Source of the DNA: Mobula hypostoma
Lineage: Eukaryota
Assembly: GCF_963921235.1 (NCBI RefSeq)
Contig: NC_086097.1
Location: 79,362,001-79,426,000, forward strand
Length of the DNA stretch: 64,000 nt
Direction of reading: 5' to 3'
Every line of letters begins with the position of its first letter. Within the stretch, counting starts at the first letter, position 1. The translations under genes were made by a program, and so were the position numbers. Positions 1-11,729 of this stretch are shown here, piece after piece. The notes beneath the pieces were generated by a model that had not been told where the DNA came from, searched no databases, and saw nothing but the letters and a program-made list of their open reading frames with translations.

Positions 1-19
1 GCATCTTTTTCTTGATCAC

Positions 20-585
20 ATAAAGAAGTTGGCTAAAGAATGGCAAATGGATTTTAACACAGATTAATGTGAGGTGATGCATTTCAGTAAATTAAACTAG
101 TGTGGGACTTGTACTATGAACGGTAGGGCATTACAAGGAGTAATGGAACATAGGGACCTAGGAATACAAGTACATCGTTCAATGGAAGTGGCATCATAGG
201 TAGACAGGGTGGCAAAAAGGGTGCTTTGCATGCTGAACTTCATCAGTGAGAGTACTGAATATAGATATTATTTCATAGTTATACACGTCATTGGTGAGAC
301 AGCACTCGGAGTACTGTGCACAGTTTTGGTCACCATGTTAGAGGGAAAATATGGTTAAACTGGAAAGAGTGAAGAAAAGATTTACAAGGATGTTGTCAGG
401 ATACAGAGCCCAAGTTATATGTCTTTATACTTTGGAATGTAGGAGAAGGAGAGGTGACCTTATCAAAATGCTTTAAGTTATGAGATATAGATAAGGTAGT
501 TGATAAAGTCTTTATGGTAGGTAAGTCCAAAACTAGGGGGTATAGACTTAGCGTGAGAGGGGAAAGATTTAAAACAGGGGCTCCC
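20..585 (+). mobile_element. CR1 LINE, degenerate ORF2 3' fragment
   Basis: gagtactgtgcacagttttggtcacc (EYCAQFWSP) and agatttacaaggatgttg (RFTRML) match the intact CR1 at 28.7-29.5 kb. Confidence 0.8.
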
Positions 586-629
586 AACTTGGACTCCATA
601 GACTCCTTGCTTAATGCTGCTGGTCCACT

Positions 630-1480
630 GCTGTGGGCGGAGATAAAATGGCACCAGAGAGCAACTTCTTTAAGCTCATCTGCGAAAGATTAAATTCCTC
701 TCTTTAATGTCTCTTTTTCCTTTTTTTAAAAAATAGAACAGTGGCTGGGTTCTGTAGGAGGCTGTTATCTACAACTGCACTCTAACTGTGGTTCTTCACA
801 GCGGTGGGTTCCTGCTCCCAGAGCTCGCTGACCATCCGTTTTTGACACCTCCAGGATCAGCCTGGAGGCATGTGCTTTGTACAGCTCTGCAAACTCAATT
901 CCTCACATGTCAGCAACTGAAATGTCATGGGAGATTGGACGCCGTGAAAACAGATGCAGCTATTGGAGCTCTCTGTACTTGAGCGATCTTGCCCTCTCTC
1001 CTGTCTATGGTGACGGGGGAGTTTGCTGCCAATTCTCGAGTCAGAGGAACTGAAATAAAAGTGACGCTGCAGACTGTAATATCATAATAGCGAGCTATTT
1101 GTTGCTCCTCCCTCTTGCTGTGGAAGGGGCGACACCTCTCTGTCCCTTGTTTGTGAGCCTATGGCATGTTGAATCGTTAGGTAAAGAACGGTTATTGGTA
1201 GTCTGCAGATCATGCTCTCTTTGGGGGCTTTGCTATTGCTTGCTTGGTGGGCACTAATGCTTCTTGCTGCAACAAGTGGGGCTGGGGAGGGGGAAGGTTG
1301 ATGCTTTTGCTGCTGCTTGTGTGTGGGAGAGGGAGGGGAGCTTTGAAGGGGGGGTTCTAACATATTTCTGTCATTCATTATCTGGGGTTTTCATCTGTTT
1401 TGTGGGTGTCTACTGAGAATAAGAATTTGTACGTTGTGTACTATATACATTGCCTGATATTAAATGGAACCATTGAAACA
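630..1480 (+). repeat. Non-autonomous interspersed repeat with Rex/Babar-like 3' tail
   Basis: Starts aaaatggcacc, similar to aagatggcgct at 63408. Shares gacacctctctgtcccttgtt-like and gggcactaatgct-like motifs with 63385-64000. The tail resembles the Rex 3' ends at ~2480 and ~3810. Confidence 0.45.
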
Positions 1481-1609
1481 TGGCATATAAAAGGCTGTGA
1501 ACCCTTCATTTAAAAAGAATCTGAGGGGCAACTTTTTCCATACAATTGATGGTGAGCATATGAACTAAGAAGCCAGAGGGAATGGATGTGCAGATACAAT
1601 GGTATCACT

Positions 1610-2500
1610 TAGTGGACCCATCATATAATGGCAAAGAAAGCACGATAGCATCTTTATTTCTTCAAGAGTCAGCGGAGATTTGGCATGTTATCAAAAACCT
1701 TGGCAAACTTCTATAGATGTGTACTGACAGGCTGCATTTCAGCCTGGTACATGAACACCGATGCCTTTGAGCAAAAAATCCTAAAAAAGTAGCGGATTCA
1801 GCCCAGTACAACACAGGTAAAACCCTCCCAACCATTGAGCACATCTATATGAAACATTGTCATAAAAAAGCAGCATCCATTACCAAAGATCCTCACCACT
1901 CCAGCAATGCTCTTTCCTCGCTGCTGCCATCAGGCAAAAGGTACAGTTGCCCAGGACTCACACCACCAAGGTTCAAGAACAGATACTACCCCTCAACCAT
2001 TTGAGCAAAAAATCCTAAAAAAGTAGCGGATTCAGCCCAGTACAACACAGGTAAAACCCTCCCAACCATTGAGCACATCTATATGAAGCATTGTCATAAA
2101 AAAGCAGCATCCATTACCAAAGATCCTCACCACTCCAGCAATGCTCTTTCCTCGCTGCTGCCATCAGGCAAAAGGTACAGTTGCCCAGGACTCACACCAC
2201 CAGGTTCAAGAACAGATACTACCCCTCAACCATCAGGCTCTTGAACAAAAGGGGATAACTACACTCAATCTACCTCTGGTGTTCCCACAGCCAATGGTCT
2301 CACATTAAGGACTCTTTATCTTGTTATTTCATACTCATTATTTATTGCTATTTATTTATATTTGCACAATTTGTTGTTCATTGATCCTGTAAACAGTTAC
2401 TTTTCTATAGATTTGCTAGGTATGTCTGCAAGAAAAAGCAGCTCAGGGTTAACTGGTGACATGCATGAACTCTGATAATAAATTTCACTTTGAACTTTAA
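1610..2500 (+). mobile_element. Rex1/Babar LINE 3' fragment
   Basis: aaagcagcatccat..aaagatcc..cacc and ttcaagaacag..actaccc motifs; ends ataataaatttcactttgaacttt. Confidence 0.7.
1766..2232 (+). repeat. Direct tandem duplication, two ~234-bp units, inside the Rex/Babar fragment
   Basis: tttgagcaaaaaatcc...taccccctcaaccat occurs at 1766-1999 and again at 2000-2232. I see one substitution and one 1-bp indel between them. Confidence 0.95.
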
Positions 2501-3825
2501 GCATGTGGTAACCTGCATCAGTGACTATTGTCCAGTAGCAATTACATCCACTGTGATGAAGTGTTGAGAGGTCGGTGATGAAACATATCAGAGGAGCAAG
2601 TTGGATCCGCTCCAATTCACCTACTGTCATAACAGGTCAACAGCAGATGCTATTTCATTGCCTCTTCACTCAGCCTTGGAACATCTGAACAGTGAAGATG
2701 CATACTATGGCTCGGCATTCAATACTATCATCTCCTCAAAAGTAGTCAATAAGCTCCAAGACCAGGCCTCAGTATCTTCTTGTGCAACTGGATCTTTGAT
2801 TTCCTCACTTGCAAACCTCAGTCAGTTCAGGTTGGTAACAACATCATTTCCACAACACTATCAGCACAAGTGCACTGTTAGGCTGGATGCTCAGGCCCCT
2901 GCTCTACTCACTCTATACCTAGGACTGTGACGCTAAGCACAGCTCCAACGCCCTATAGGAGGGAGTTTGAGAATCTGAATCAATGGTGCCACAAGAACAA
3001 CCTCTCACTCAATGTCAACAAAACCAAAGAGCTGATTATTAAATACAAGAGGAGGAAACTGGAGGTCCAAGAGCAAGTGCTCAGTAGGGGGTCAGAGTTG
3101 GGAAAGGTCAGTAACTTTAGATGCCTTGGTGTTATCATTTCAAAGGATCTGTCTTGGGTCCAGCACACAAGTGCCATTACAAAGAAGGCAAAGCAGCATC
3201 CCTACATTCTTAGCATCAACTAAAATTTTGAAAAACTTCTATAGATACATGGTGGAGCAATCACTGATTGGATATACAACAGCCTACAAAAGGTAGTGGA
3301 TGCAGCCCAGTCTATTGCAGTTATAGCCCTCTCCACCATTGAGCACATGTATAAGGAGCGCTGTCACAGAAAAGCAGCATCCATCAAGGACCCTACCAAA
3401 CAGGCCATGCTCTCTTCTCACACCTGCCATCAGGAAGGAAGTACAGGAACCTTAAGACCCACAGCACTAGATTTAGGAACAGTTATTACCCCTCAACCAT
3501 TAGCCCCCGAACCAGAGTAGATAACTTTATTCACCCCAAGTCTGAGCTGCTTCCACAACTTATGGGCTCACTTTCAAGGACTCTACAACTCATATTCTCA
3601 ATATTAGTTATTACTTATTTATCTATTATTATTTTGTTTTTTCTTTTTGTATTTGCAAAATCTGTTGCCTTTTGCACATTGGTTGTTTGTGTGTGCAGTC
3701 TTTTGTTGATTCTATTGTGTTTCTTTGCATTTACTGTGAATGCCCACAAGAAAATGAATCTCAGGCTAATATATGGTGACATATATAGTATGTACTTTAA
3801 TAATAAAGTTACTTTGCATTTTGCA
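2500..3825 (+). mobile_element. Rex1/Babar LINE, degenerate RT region and 3' end
   Basis: ORF pieces DPLQFTYCHNRSTADAISLPLHSALEHL, SAFNTI and WCHKNNLSLNVNKTKELII are typical Rex1/Babar RT motifs. Confidence 0.85.
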
Positions 3826-6067
3826 TAGATCTATGGAGGTATGTGTCATAGCAGGATATGCTGAATGTAGGTGCTCATTAGGGGGTCAGACTAGCAACTA
3901 GCTGGGTGGACAACCTGTTTGGTGTGGACTAGCTAAGCCAAAGGGCCTACATCCACACTGTTTTGCTCTATGACTCTGATTCCAAGAAGCACCTGTAAAT
4001 GAACCTCTTTGACTGGTATTTTATAAAATTCTCCATATCCTTTTACATGGTCAAAGTCTCATCAATAATGGTCTATGAAGTAAATGGTCACTACAGTGAA
4101 AATGCTGTACAAATAGCAGTTAAATGTTATAGAAATACAGAAATGCAGAAACTCACAAAAATACAACTTTATAAAGGCATTGCTTATAAAAGATTTGCTT
4201 AATACATGAAGTTTTTTTAAAATTAGATCCACATATTTGCAAACTTGCACATGATTAACAACCAACCAGATAACTTGCACTCAATGCCATAGTAACACTA
4301 ATAGTGGCTCTGCAGTGCCATGCACAGATGTTATTTGGATTGTACTGCTGATCACATTACAGTCAGCAACAAAGCATTTCCATGCACGCCAACTTAAATA
4401 GCTAATCAATTGCAGTACGATAAGTGGCTCTCCTTTGCTTTTATATAAAAATAATTTTAAGAACATTTCAGAATCCCGTCTCACAGACAGCGCACTGCAT
4501 CCATCCAACGAACATTCCTCTTACCCACATCCAACCCATTGTTCCTTCTACCTCACAGAGGCACCACTATCACTGGCCCCTTCCTGTGACCCCCTTCCAA
4601 TCTTAAACTTTTACTCAGCTCCAATAGATGTCTCTTTACCACAAACCCCTGAACACTATTTTCTTTTACACTTAGCATGCACAGAGATGGTCTTACTCCA
4701 GCTTCACTCACTGATGAATTTAAACAGCAGGCTCAGGACCAAAATAATTGCTGACATATTGCACAAAATGACTAAACACATCTTGGAATACCAATGAATT
4801 TCTAGATCAAACTAATTCTGCTGGTTCATGTGAATTATTACTGAAGGCACACAACCTAAAATTAGATTCAGGCTATTTAAGAAACGTGTATAAATATGAC
4901 ATTTTCAAATTCTATTCTACAAATTACAATTAATGTGCACACAGTATACAAATATGTCAAATTGTTGTATTCTTATGTTATTCATAAATCATAACACAAG
5001 GATGGGCACTTCAAATTCAAAGGTGACACATAGAACTATTAAAAATCCAACACTAAAAATAAAAGGTATGCTACAGCTTAATAATACATTTTAAAAAAAA
5101 AAGTTTTCATTCATTTGCTCATTCCTCAGCTACAGTATGGTGATATTGTTGTCACTTCAAACTTAGGTTAGTACAAAGATTCTGATTTATTATCATGGTC
5201 CTTGCAACTTTAGAAAATGGGAAAAATAGATTGTAGTTATTGTACCTTAGCTGCAGCTTGAATACAACAGCAGATTGCATTATTTACAGCAAACACAAGT
5301 CAATAAATATTATCATGCTTTGCTTTTGTATGAATGTCTTTAATTCAAGAGTGAGAACAATTGTAAACAGTTGAGAATTTAGAAAAATCTCTGCTCTCTC
5401 TCAAACTCAAAATAACCTTAGATCCAAGATCTCAAGAGGAACTTAATGTTCAGAATGTTCCCTTTGTTACCAGTATAAATGTAACTTCAATGGTACAACG
5501 TTGGGGCAATTAACATACTGCTATTTTATAATCACTCTATTATAAATTCCTGGCATAAAACAAATGGGTTCTGGGAATATAAAAATAAGTGAAGGGTTAA
5601 ATAATTAGGACAAATTATTAAAAACTATTTCAGTTCTATTCCACTTTTAAAGATCTAGGTTGAGAGATTAAATTGGGGAAGCCAGAATAACATAACAAAA
5701 GCAAAATATTATGGGGTGGAAGTCTGAAGCAAAAGTAAAAAGAACATGGTGGAAATACTCAACAAGTCAGACAACTTATGAAGCAATGTTACCATTCTGA
5801 GAAATTAACTTGTGTTTATCACTCCAAAGGTTCTGTCCGAGCTTTCCCTGCTCTTATTTTAACAACAATGTTTACCTTTGATTCAGGAGCTTTAAGATCA
5901 TATGGCAGGACATTATTACTGCCCCTCCTAAAGGTATTCCTGAGATTTACTAGTACAGTGGCTATTTGAATAATAAAATGTTCACAAACCTAAGTGTTGA
6001 TAAAAATGATACTCCAAATAACTCCTCATGACCCACTGATTTTCCTTCCTCTCACAATCACTAAGAC

Positions 6068-7240
6068 ATAGAGTCAAAGAACACTACAGCACAGAAAAAG
6101 ACCCTTTGGCCACTCTAGTCCAGGACGAACTGTTATTCGCCTAGTCCTATCAGCTTGCCACCTTGAACATGGCCCTCCATACCCCTTCCATCCTTGGATT
6201 TATCCAAGCTTCTCACATGTTGCACATGAACTCACATTTACCACTTCTGCTGGCAGTTTGTTCCACACTCACACCACCCTGAGTAAAGAAGTTTCCTCTC
6301 AGAAACCTCTTAAACATTTCACCTTTCACCCTTAACCTATGAACTCTAGTTCTAGTCTCACCCAACCTCATTTACTCTATCTACACCTCTCATAATTCTG
6401 TATACCTCCATCAAATCTCTGCTCAAATCTACACTCTTTGGAGTAAAGTCCTATCCTATTCAACATTTACCTACAACTCAGGTCCTCGAATCCAAGCAAC
6501 ATCTTGTAAATTTTCTCTATACTTTTTCAATTTTTTTGAATGCTTTCCTGTAGGTAAGTGACCAGAACTGCACATAATAATCCATATTTGGGCTCACCAA
6601 CGTCTTAAGACAACTTCAAACATCTCTACTTCTATCTGTGACAACACCTACCATTCACTGTGCAAGCCCTACTCTGGTTTGTCCTCGCAAAGTGCAAGAC
6701 TTCACACTTCTCTGCATTAAATTCCATCTGCCATTGTTCAGTTCATTTTTCCAGCAGGTCCGGATCCCACCGCAAGCTTTGATAACCTTCCTCACTGTCC
6801 ACTACACCCCCAATCTTGGTGTCATCCGAAAATCTGTTTATCTAGTTTACCACATTATCACCTAAATTATTAATAAAGATAATAAACAGCCACAGACCCA
6901 ACACAGATCCTGTAGCACATCACAGTCACAGGGCACCAGTCAGAGAGGCAACCATTTACTAGAACTCTCTAGCTTCTCTCATTAAACCCAGTTTTAATCC
7001 AATTTACTATTTCATCCTGAATACCAAGTGACTAAACCTTCTTGACCAGGCTCCCATATGGGACTTTGTGAAAGACCTTACTAAAGTCCATGTAAACAAC
7101 ATCCATTGCCTTTCCTTCACCAACTTTCCTGGTAACATCCTCGAAAGACTCTATAAGATTGGTTAGACATGACCTACCACAAACAAAGCTGTGTGACTAT
7201 CCCTAATCAGGCCCTGTCTAACTGAATACATATATATCTA
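6068..7240 (-). mobile_element. CR1 LINE 3' portion, degenerate
   Basis: Reverse complement of the CR1 RT region (ctaaagtccatgtaaacaacatcc = DVVYMDFSK; accagaactgcaca = CAVLV/QFW region), with the tail near 6070. Confidence 0.85.
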
Positions 7241-7399
7241 TTCTTTCAATCATGAGATTAAACTTTGCTACAACTTGCTCTACAAAAATTTGGGTCTCGG
7301 TTTTGGGTTTTTAAAAATTTTAAACCAATTCATATAATCTTTACATCCTCAATTCCACACATCCACTTACTTGCTTTGTACAGATGTTCTCATCCCAAT

Positions 7400-7983
7400 G
7401 ATGTTCTATGAGCTGCACTGTTCAAAAAGCAGTGATTTTTGTCACTGATAGTTGGAAAGAAATAAGCAACAAGATAATTCAGAACTGCTTTGCTCACTAT
7501 AGTTTCATGCATTCAGGCTTGGATATGCCAGAAATGGCTAGGAGTGAAAATGAAATGATTTCACTACTTCAACAAGTTAGCAACTACAAAGAATTTGAAG
7601 TATAGACAATCATCTTAAATGTTACAACATAAATGAAAATTTGAAGATGCAATCTTCAAAAACATTGTACGAAGGCAGTCCATTATCTGCACTAGGTGTC
7701 TGCGCTGAATTTGTTCATTTACAATCAAAAGAACACACCAACGTACCCTGGATATATTTCTTGTCAATAACTATTAGAAGTTTTACAGTACTGTAGTAGC
7801 ATTGATAGTGTTCTAATTTGTTCTGTATTTCATTTAAATACTATTAATCAATTAAACAAAAGTTTGTCTCTTTTTTATATACCTTTTTAACTATTTCCAT
7901 GATACTTCAGCTAGTTGGGGCAGCCTCTAATTCTGCTAAAATGTACAAGTCCCGATGTATCCCAAATAACAGGAATCCTCTGT
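7400..7983 (+). mobile_element. Tigger/pogo DNA transposon, 3' fragment
   Basis: ORF 7408-7605 SWKEISNKIIQNCFAH resembles the pogo/Tigger transposase C-terminal W..V....I.NCF motif. It ends in a TIR-like ggaatcctctg followed by TA. Confidence 0.65.
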
Positions 7984-8754
7984 ATATATTTGCTATCAGG
8001 ATTTTGGCTAAATTGGCAATGTCACATGCATTAATCCTGAATACCTTGAGAAGATTGTGGTAGATCCTTTTCTTGCTAAACTACTTTAGAGGTTTCAAAG
8101 GTCAAACCGGTACTTTCAGAATGTAGTTACACCAGTACACAATTTGAAAATTTAGACACAAAACAAAAACAATTTCTCCTTTTGCCAGTTACAAGTAATT
8201 TATGTTGACAGTGTTATAATGGAATCTGAATAAGTGATTGAGCTCCAAAATCATAACGGGATCAAATCCAATTCAGCATAAAGACATTGCAGATGGCATT
8301 GTTTAATTGAACATTTTTTCTTAAAATGTAAGTTCTTTACAGAACTGCCATTTTTAAAATTGTGGTGTATTAAACATAAAACATGATTCTGCTACTCCAC
8401 CCACCGTAAAGCACTATGTGATAATGCCAGAATATTATGCTATCCACAGAGATTCGCTGCATTAACACCACAGTGTAGTCCATTCCCTTATTATATTGTC
8501 ACTGGCAAGTACTCTCTAATGCAGTGTTATCTTTGCCAGAACAGCAAGAAAAGGTATTTCCGCAATCTTGTAAGATGAAAGTAAAACTCAAGCAATTAAC
8601 ATGCTGGGATTGAACAAGCCCAGTTAACTTTTGTACTGCAACTCACAATATAAATTAAGATGCCTGGTACTGACCAACCGCTCTAACATATTAGAAAAGT
8701 GTGAACTTCAGTGGAACCATTATATGGACCAGGACAAGGTTGCTTCATACTGTT

Positions 8755-9040
8755 TTAGACCAGGTCCAATCCTAATCTTGGGTCCTATCTATGTGGAGTT
8801 TTCACATACACACAGTGACTGTATAGGTTTCTCCAGGTGCTCCACTTTTCTCCCACACCCCAAAAATGTGCAGGTAGTTTTACTGACACTGTAAATTTCC
8901 TCATGTGTAGGCAAGTGGTAGAACTTGTGGGATATGGACAGGAATACAGTGAGATTAATGTGCATTCAGTGCAGGTGGGTCATTGATGGCTAGCATGGAC
9001 TCAGTGGACGGAATATTCTGATTCCATGCTGTATTACTGT
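8755..9040 (+). mobile_element. V-SINE (HE1-like), degenerate
   Basis: V-domain-like core tgtggagttttcac...ggtttctccaggtgctccacttttctcccacaccccaaaaatgtgc. Confidence 0.7.
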
Positions 9041-9044
9041 AGAA

Positions 9045-10068
9045 CAGGCAACTGCTCTGCTGAGCACCTCTGCTCAATCCACAATGATCATATGGAGCTC
9101 CTGCTAGCAACTTTTTTCAACTCCTCTCCTCATTCCCACATCACCCCGTCTGTCCTCATCCTCCTCCCCTGCCAGGGTGATGTGAAAGGAACAGCACCCC
9201 ATATTCCACATGGGTAGTCTACCAGGGAATGAACATGGAATTCTCCAGTTTCAGGTAACTCACTTCCTCTATCCCTTTCTCCTTTCTCCTGATCCACCCT
9301 GGTCCTCTATTCTCCAAACCAGCCCAGCTCCATTTTCCAGATTCTTTCCTCTTTCTTATTGGTATATTACTCACACTTGTGGGCACGTGGCCAAGTGGTT
9401 AAGACACTGGACTAGTGACCTGAAGGTCGTGAGTTCGAGCCCCAGCCGAGGGAATGTGTGTTGTGTCCTTGAGCAAGGCACTTAAACACACATTGCTCTG
9501 CGACGACACTGGTCCCAAGCTGTATGGTTCCTAATGCCCTTCCCTTGGACAACATTGGTGTCATGGAGAGGGGGGACTTGCAGCATGGGCAACCGCTGGT
9601 CTTCCACACAACCTTGCCCAGGCCTGCGCTCTGGAGAGTGAAGACTTTCTAGGCGCAGATCCATGGTCTCGCAAGACTAACGAATGCCTTTTATCACTCA
9701 CACTCTACCCATTCGGTTCCTCTTACCCTTCTCTCACTGTTTCCCTCTCGCCTAGCATCCCACCCTTATCTACCTCCACCTGCTTATCCCATTCCATAAT
9801 CTGCAGCCCTCATCTCCATTATCAGCTCCTAGCCTCTGTCAGTATCCCCACTCTCCCCTCCCGCACCTGACCATCAATTCCTTCTCACCTGGTTCTATAT
9901 ATTGTTTGCAGCTCCTGCCTTGCCCCTCCCTCTCACCTCTTTATACTGGGCATCTCCCTTTTGCACACTCTGTCCTGATGCGGGATCTCAACCTGAAACA
10001 TGAGCTATCCCTTTCCCTCCAGAGTTGCTGTTCAACCCACTTAGCTCTTCCAGCAATTTGTTTTCTGC
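9045..10068 (+). mobile_element. Penelope-like element 3' fragment (GIY-YIG end, pyrimidine tract, pLTR), interrupted by a SINE
   Basis: gaacagcaccccatattccacatgggtagtctacc resembles other copies (EEQHL.F.LG.LQP). Decayed hammerhead-like gtcctgatgcgggatctcaacctgaaac at ~9972-9999. Confidence 0.6.
9378..9691 (+). mobile_element. tRNA-derived SINE with 13-bp target-site duplication
   Basis: A box tggccaagtgg and B box gttcgagcc. Flanks are tattactcacact (9365-9377) and tatcactcacact (9692-9704). Confidence 0.9.
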
Positions 10069-10199
10069 TAATGAGATTGGAAGATGCCAGACCATGGAGG
10101 GCTCTAAACACAGCAAGAAAAGCTGAAGCAGTTTAGTCAGTGAAAAGAGATGATTGACAAGTAGGCCTTATAAGAGCGATATAATATTTACCCAGTAGG

Positions 10200-10612
10200 A
10201 TAATGAAAAGTTGTATTAGAGGATTGGAAAATGGCAAATGTTGTTCCATTATTCAAAAGAGATAAATAGGGATTTCCTGGAAATAATAGATCAGTGCGTT
10301 ACATGTCAGTGGTCAGAAAAAAAATTGAACAGGGTTCTTGGGGGCAGGAGTTACAAGCATTTGGAGAAGCATTGTCTTATTAGGAATAGTCAAGCTTGGT
10401 GAGGGGCAAGGCATTCCTCAGAAGCCTAAATGAGCTTTGAGGAGGTGACATACTGTAAACCAATTGATGAAGATAAAGCAGTGGATGTGGTGTATATGGA
10501 TTTTAGTAAGGCTTTTAACAAGCCTCCCACCCCCTGCATGGTAGGTCACCTGATGAAGCATGGGATCCATGGAAACTTGGCTGCGTGGGGTTGGAATTGT
10601 CTTGCCCACTTC
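10200..10612 (+). mobile_element. CR1 LINE RT fragment
   Basis: ORF 10430-10624 contains AVDVVYMDFSKAFNK. Confidence 0.85.
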
Positions 10613-11729
10613 AGCAAATCCTAAAATTGAAGGCTGGAAATCAAGTGCTTACATATAAAGCTGAATGGCAACACTAATTCAAGTTTGAGGCAGTATTTTC
10701 CGCAGTCTGTATAGGTCTCTCTCTCTAAAGTTTCCTCTATCTATTCAAAAGTTGACAATCTTTAGTTGCTGACAACAATGCAAATCCCATAATAACATCC
10801 ACAAAATAATTAGTGTAGTCCAATTAGCTCATCAAGCAGTAGCATGTAATGCAAAAATCCAAAATTCCAATCACCTGATACTGAAATCTTTTAAGTCAGC
10901 TTTACTGCTCCATGAGCAATACAAGCTCATCATTATGTCTGTCAAAAAGTCTACAGTTAGCTCCAGGTAATGTTACTGTAACTACAAACAAAAACTGTTT
11001 GGTAACACACCATACAATGAAGTAATTATTCACCTCAGTCACTAACTTTACCTATAGAGCAAGCTGACACTGCTTTAATCATTTATTTCAATGTATTTTT
11101 GTACAGTATACTTAAAGCTTCAGTGGATTACTTTCTACAACAAAGGTCTCTTGACCCAGAGGTGTGCCAGATATCAAGTGATCTCTCCTCCTTACAGCTC
11201 TCCTGCAAGTTGTTTTACCTCAAATCAAATCCTTTCTGATTCCTTTTTGCCATTAACCTGCACTCAAATGTAATGCACAGTAGCAACTAACCTATCCACC
11301 TAACTTTCGAGAATCCCATGGGTATGGGTCACAGAGAGAATGTGTAAACTCTGCACCACTAGCACCCAAAGTTTGCACCAGACCTGAGCGCTTTTTTAAA
11401 ATAAGCTTTGAAGAGGTACCAAAGCAAAACTACAACAAACCTCATTGAGAATATTATCCACATTTTAAAGAGGAAACCAAGCATACACTACAAAAAGGAT
11501 TACTGCTACAAAAAATATATCCTGATATACTCCATCAAAACCCATGAAGAGTTTGAACACAGGCCTCTATCAAATTTCTGTACAATTTCCTCAACTCAAA
11601 AGAAAAACCACCACTGCTTCTTTAGTATCATCACATTATCTGTTTGAGCTGTTAATACAGTGATTGAGTACAAGAGCTGAGGCTTTGGTCTGTCAAGTTT
11701 CGGTCAGAGGAGAATGAGCAGTTAAGATT

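Noticed and set aside
5876..5939. Possible minus-strand internal exon (ag...AAG|gtaaac)
   Set aside because: Weak polypyrimidine tract and no recognisable peptide; it cannot be told from chance without RNA data.
9381..9455. tRNA gene
   Set aside because: The tRNA-like head continues into a SINE body and tail bounded by a 13-bp TSD.
10875..10982. Possible minus-strand exon (tttttgtttgtag...CAG|gtgatt)
   Set aside because: Plausible splice signals, but no recognisable protein and only an internal ATG frame is open; unsupported.
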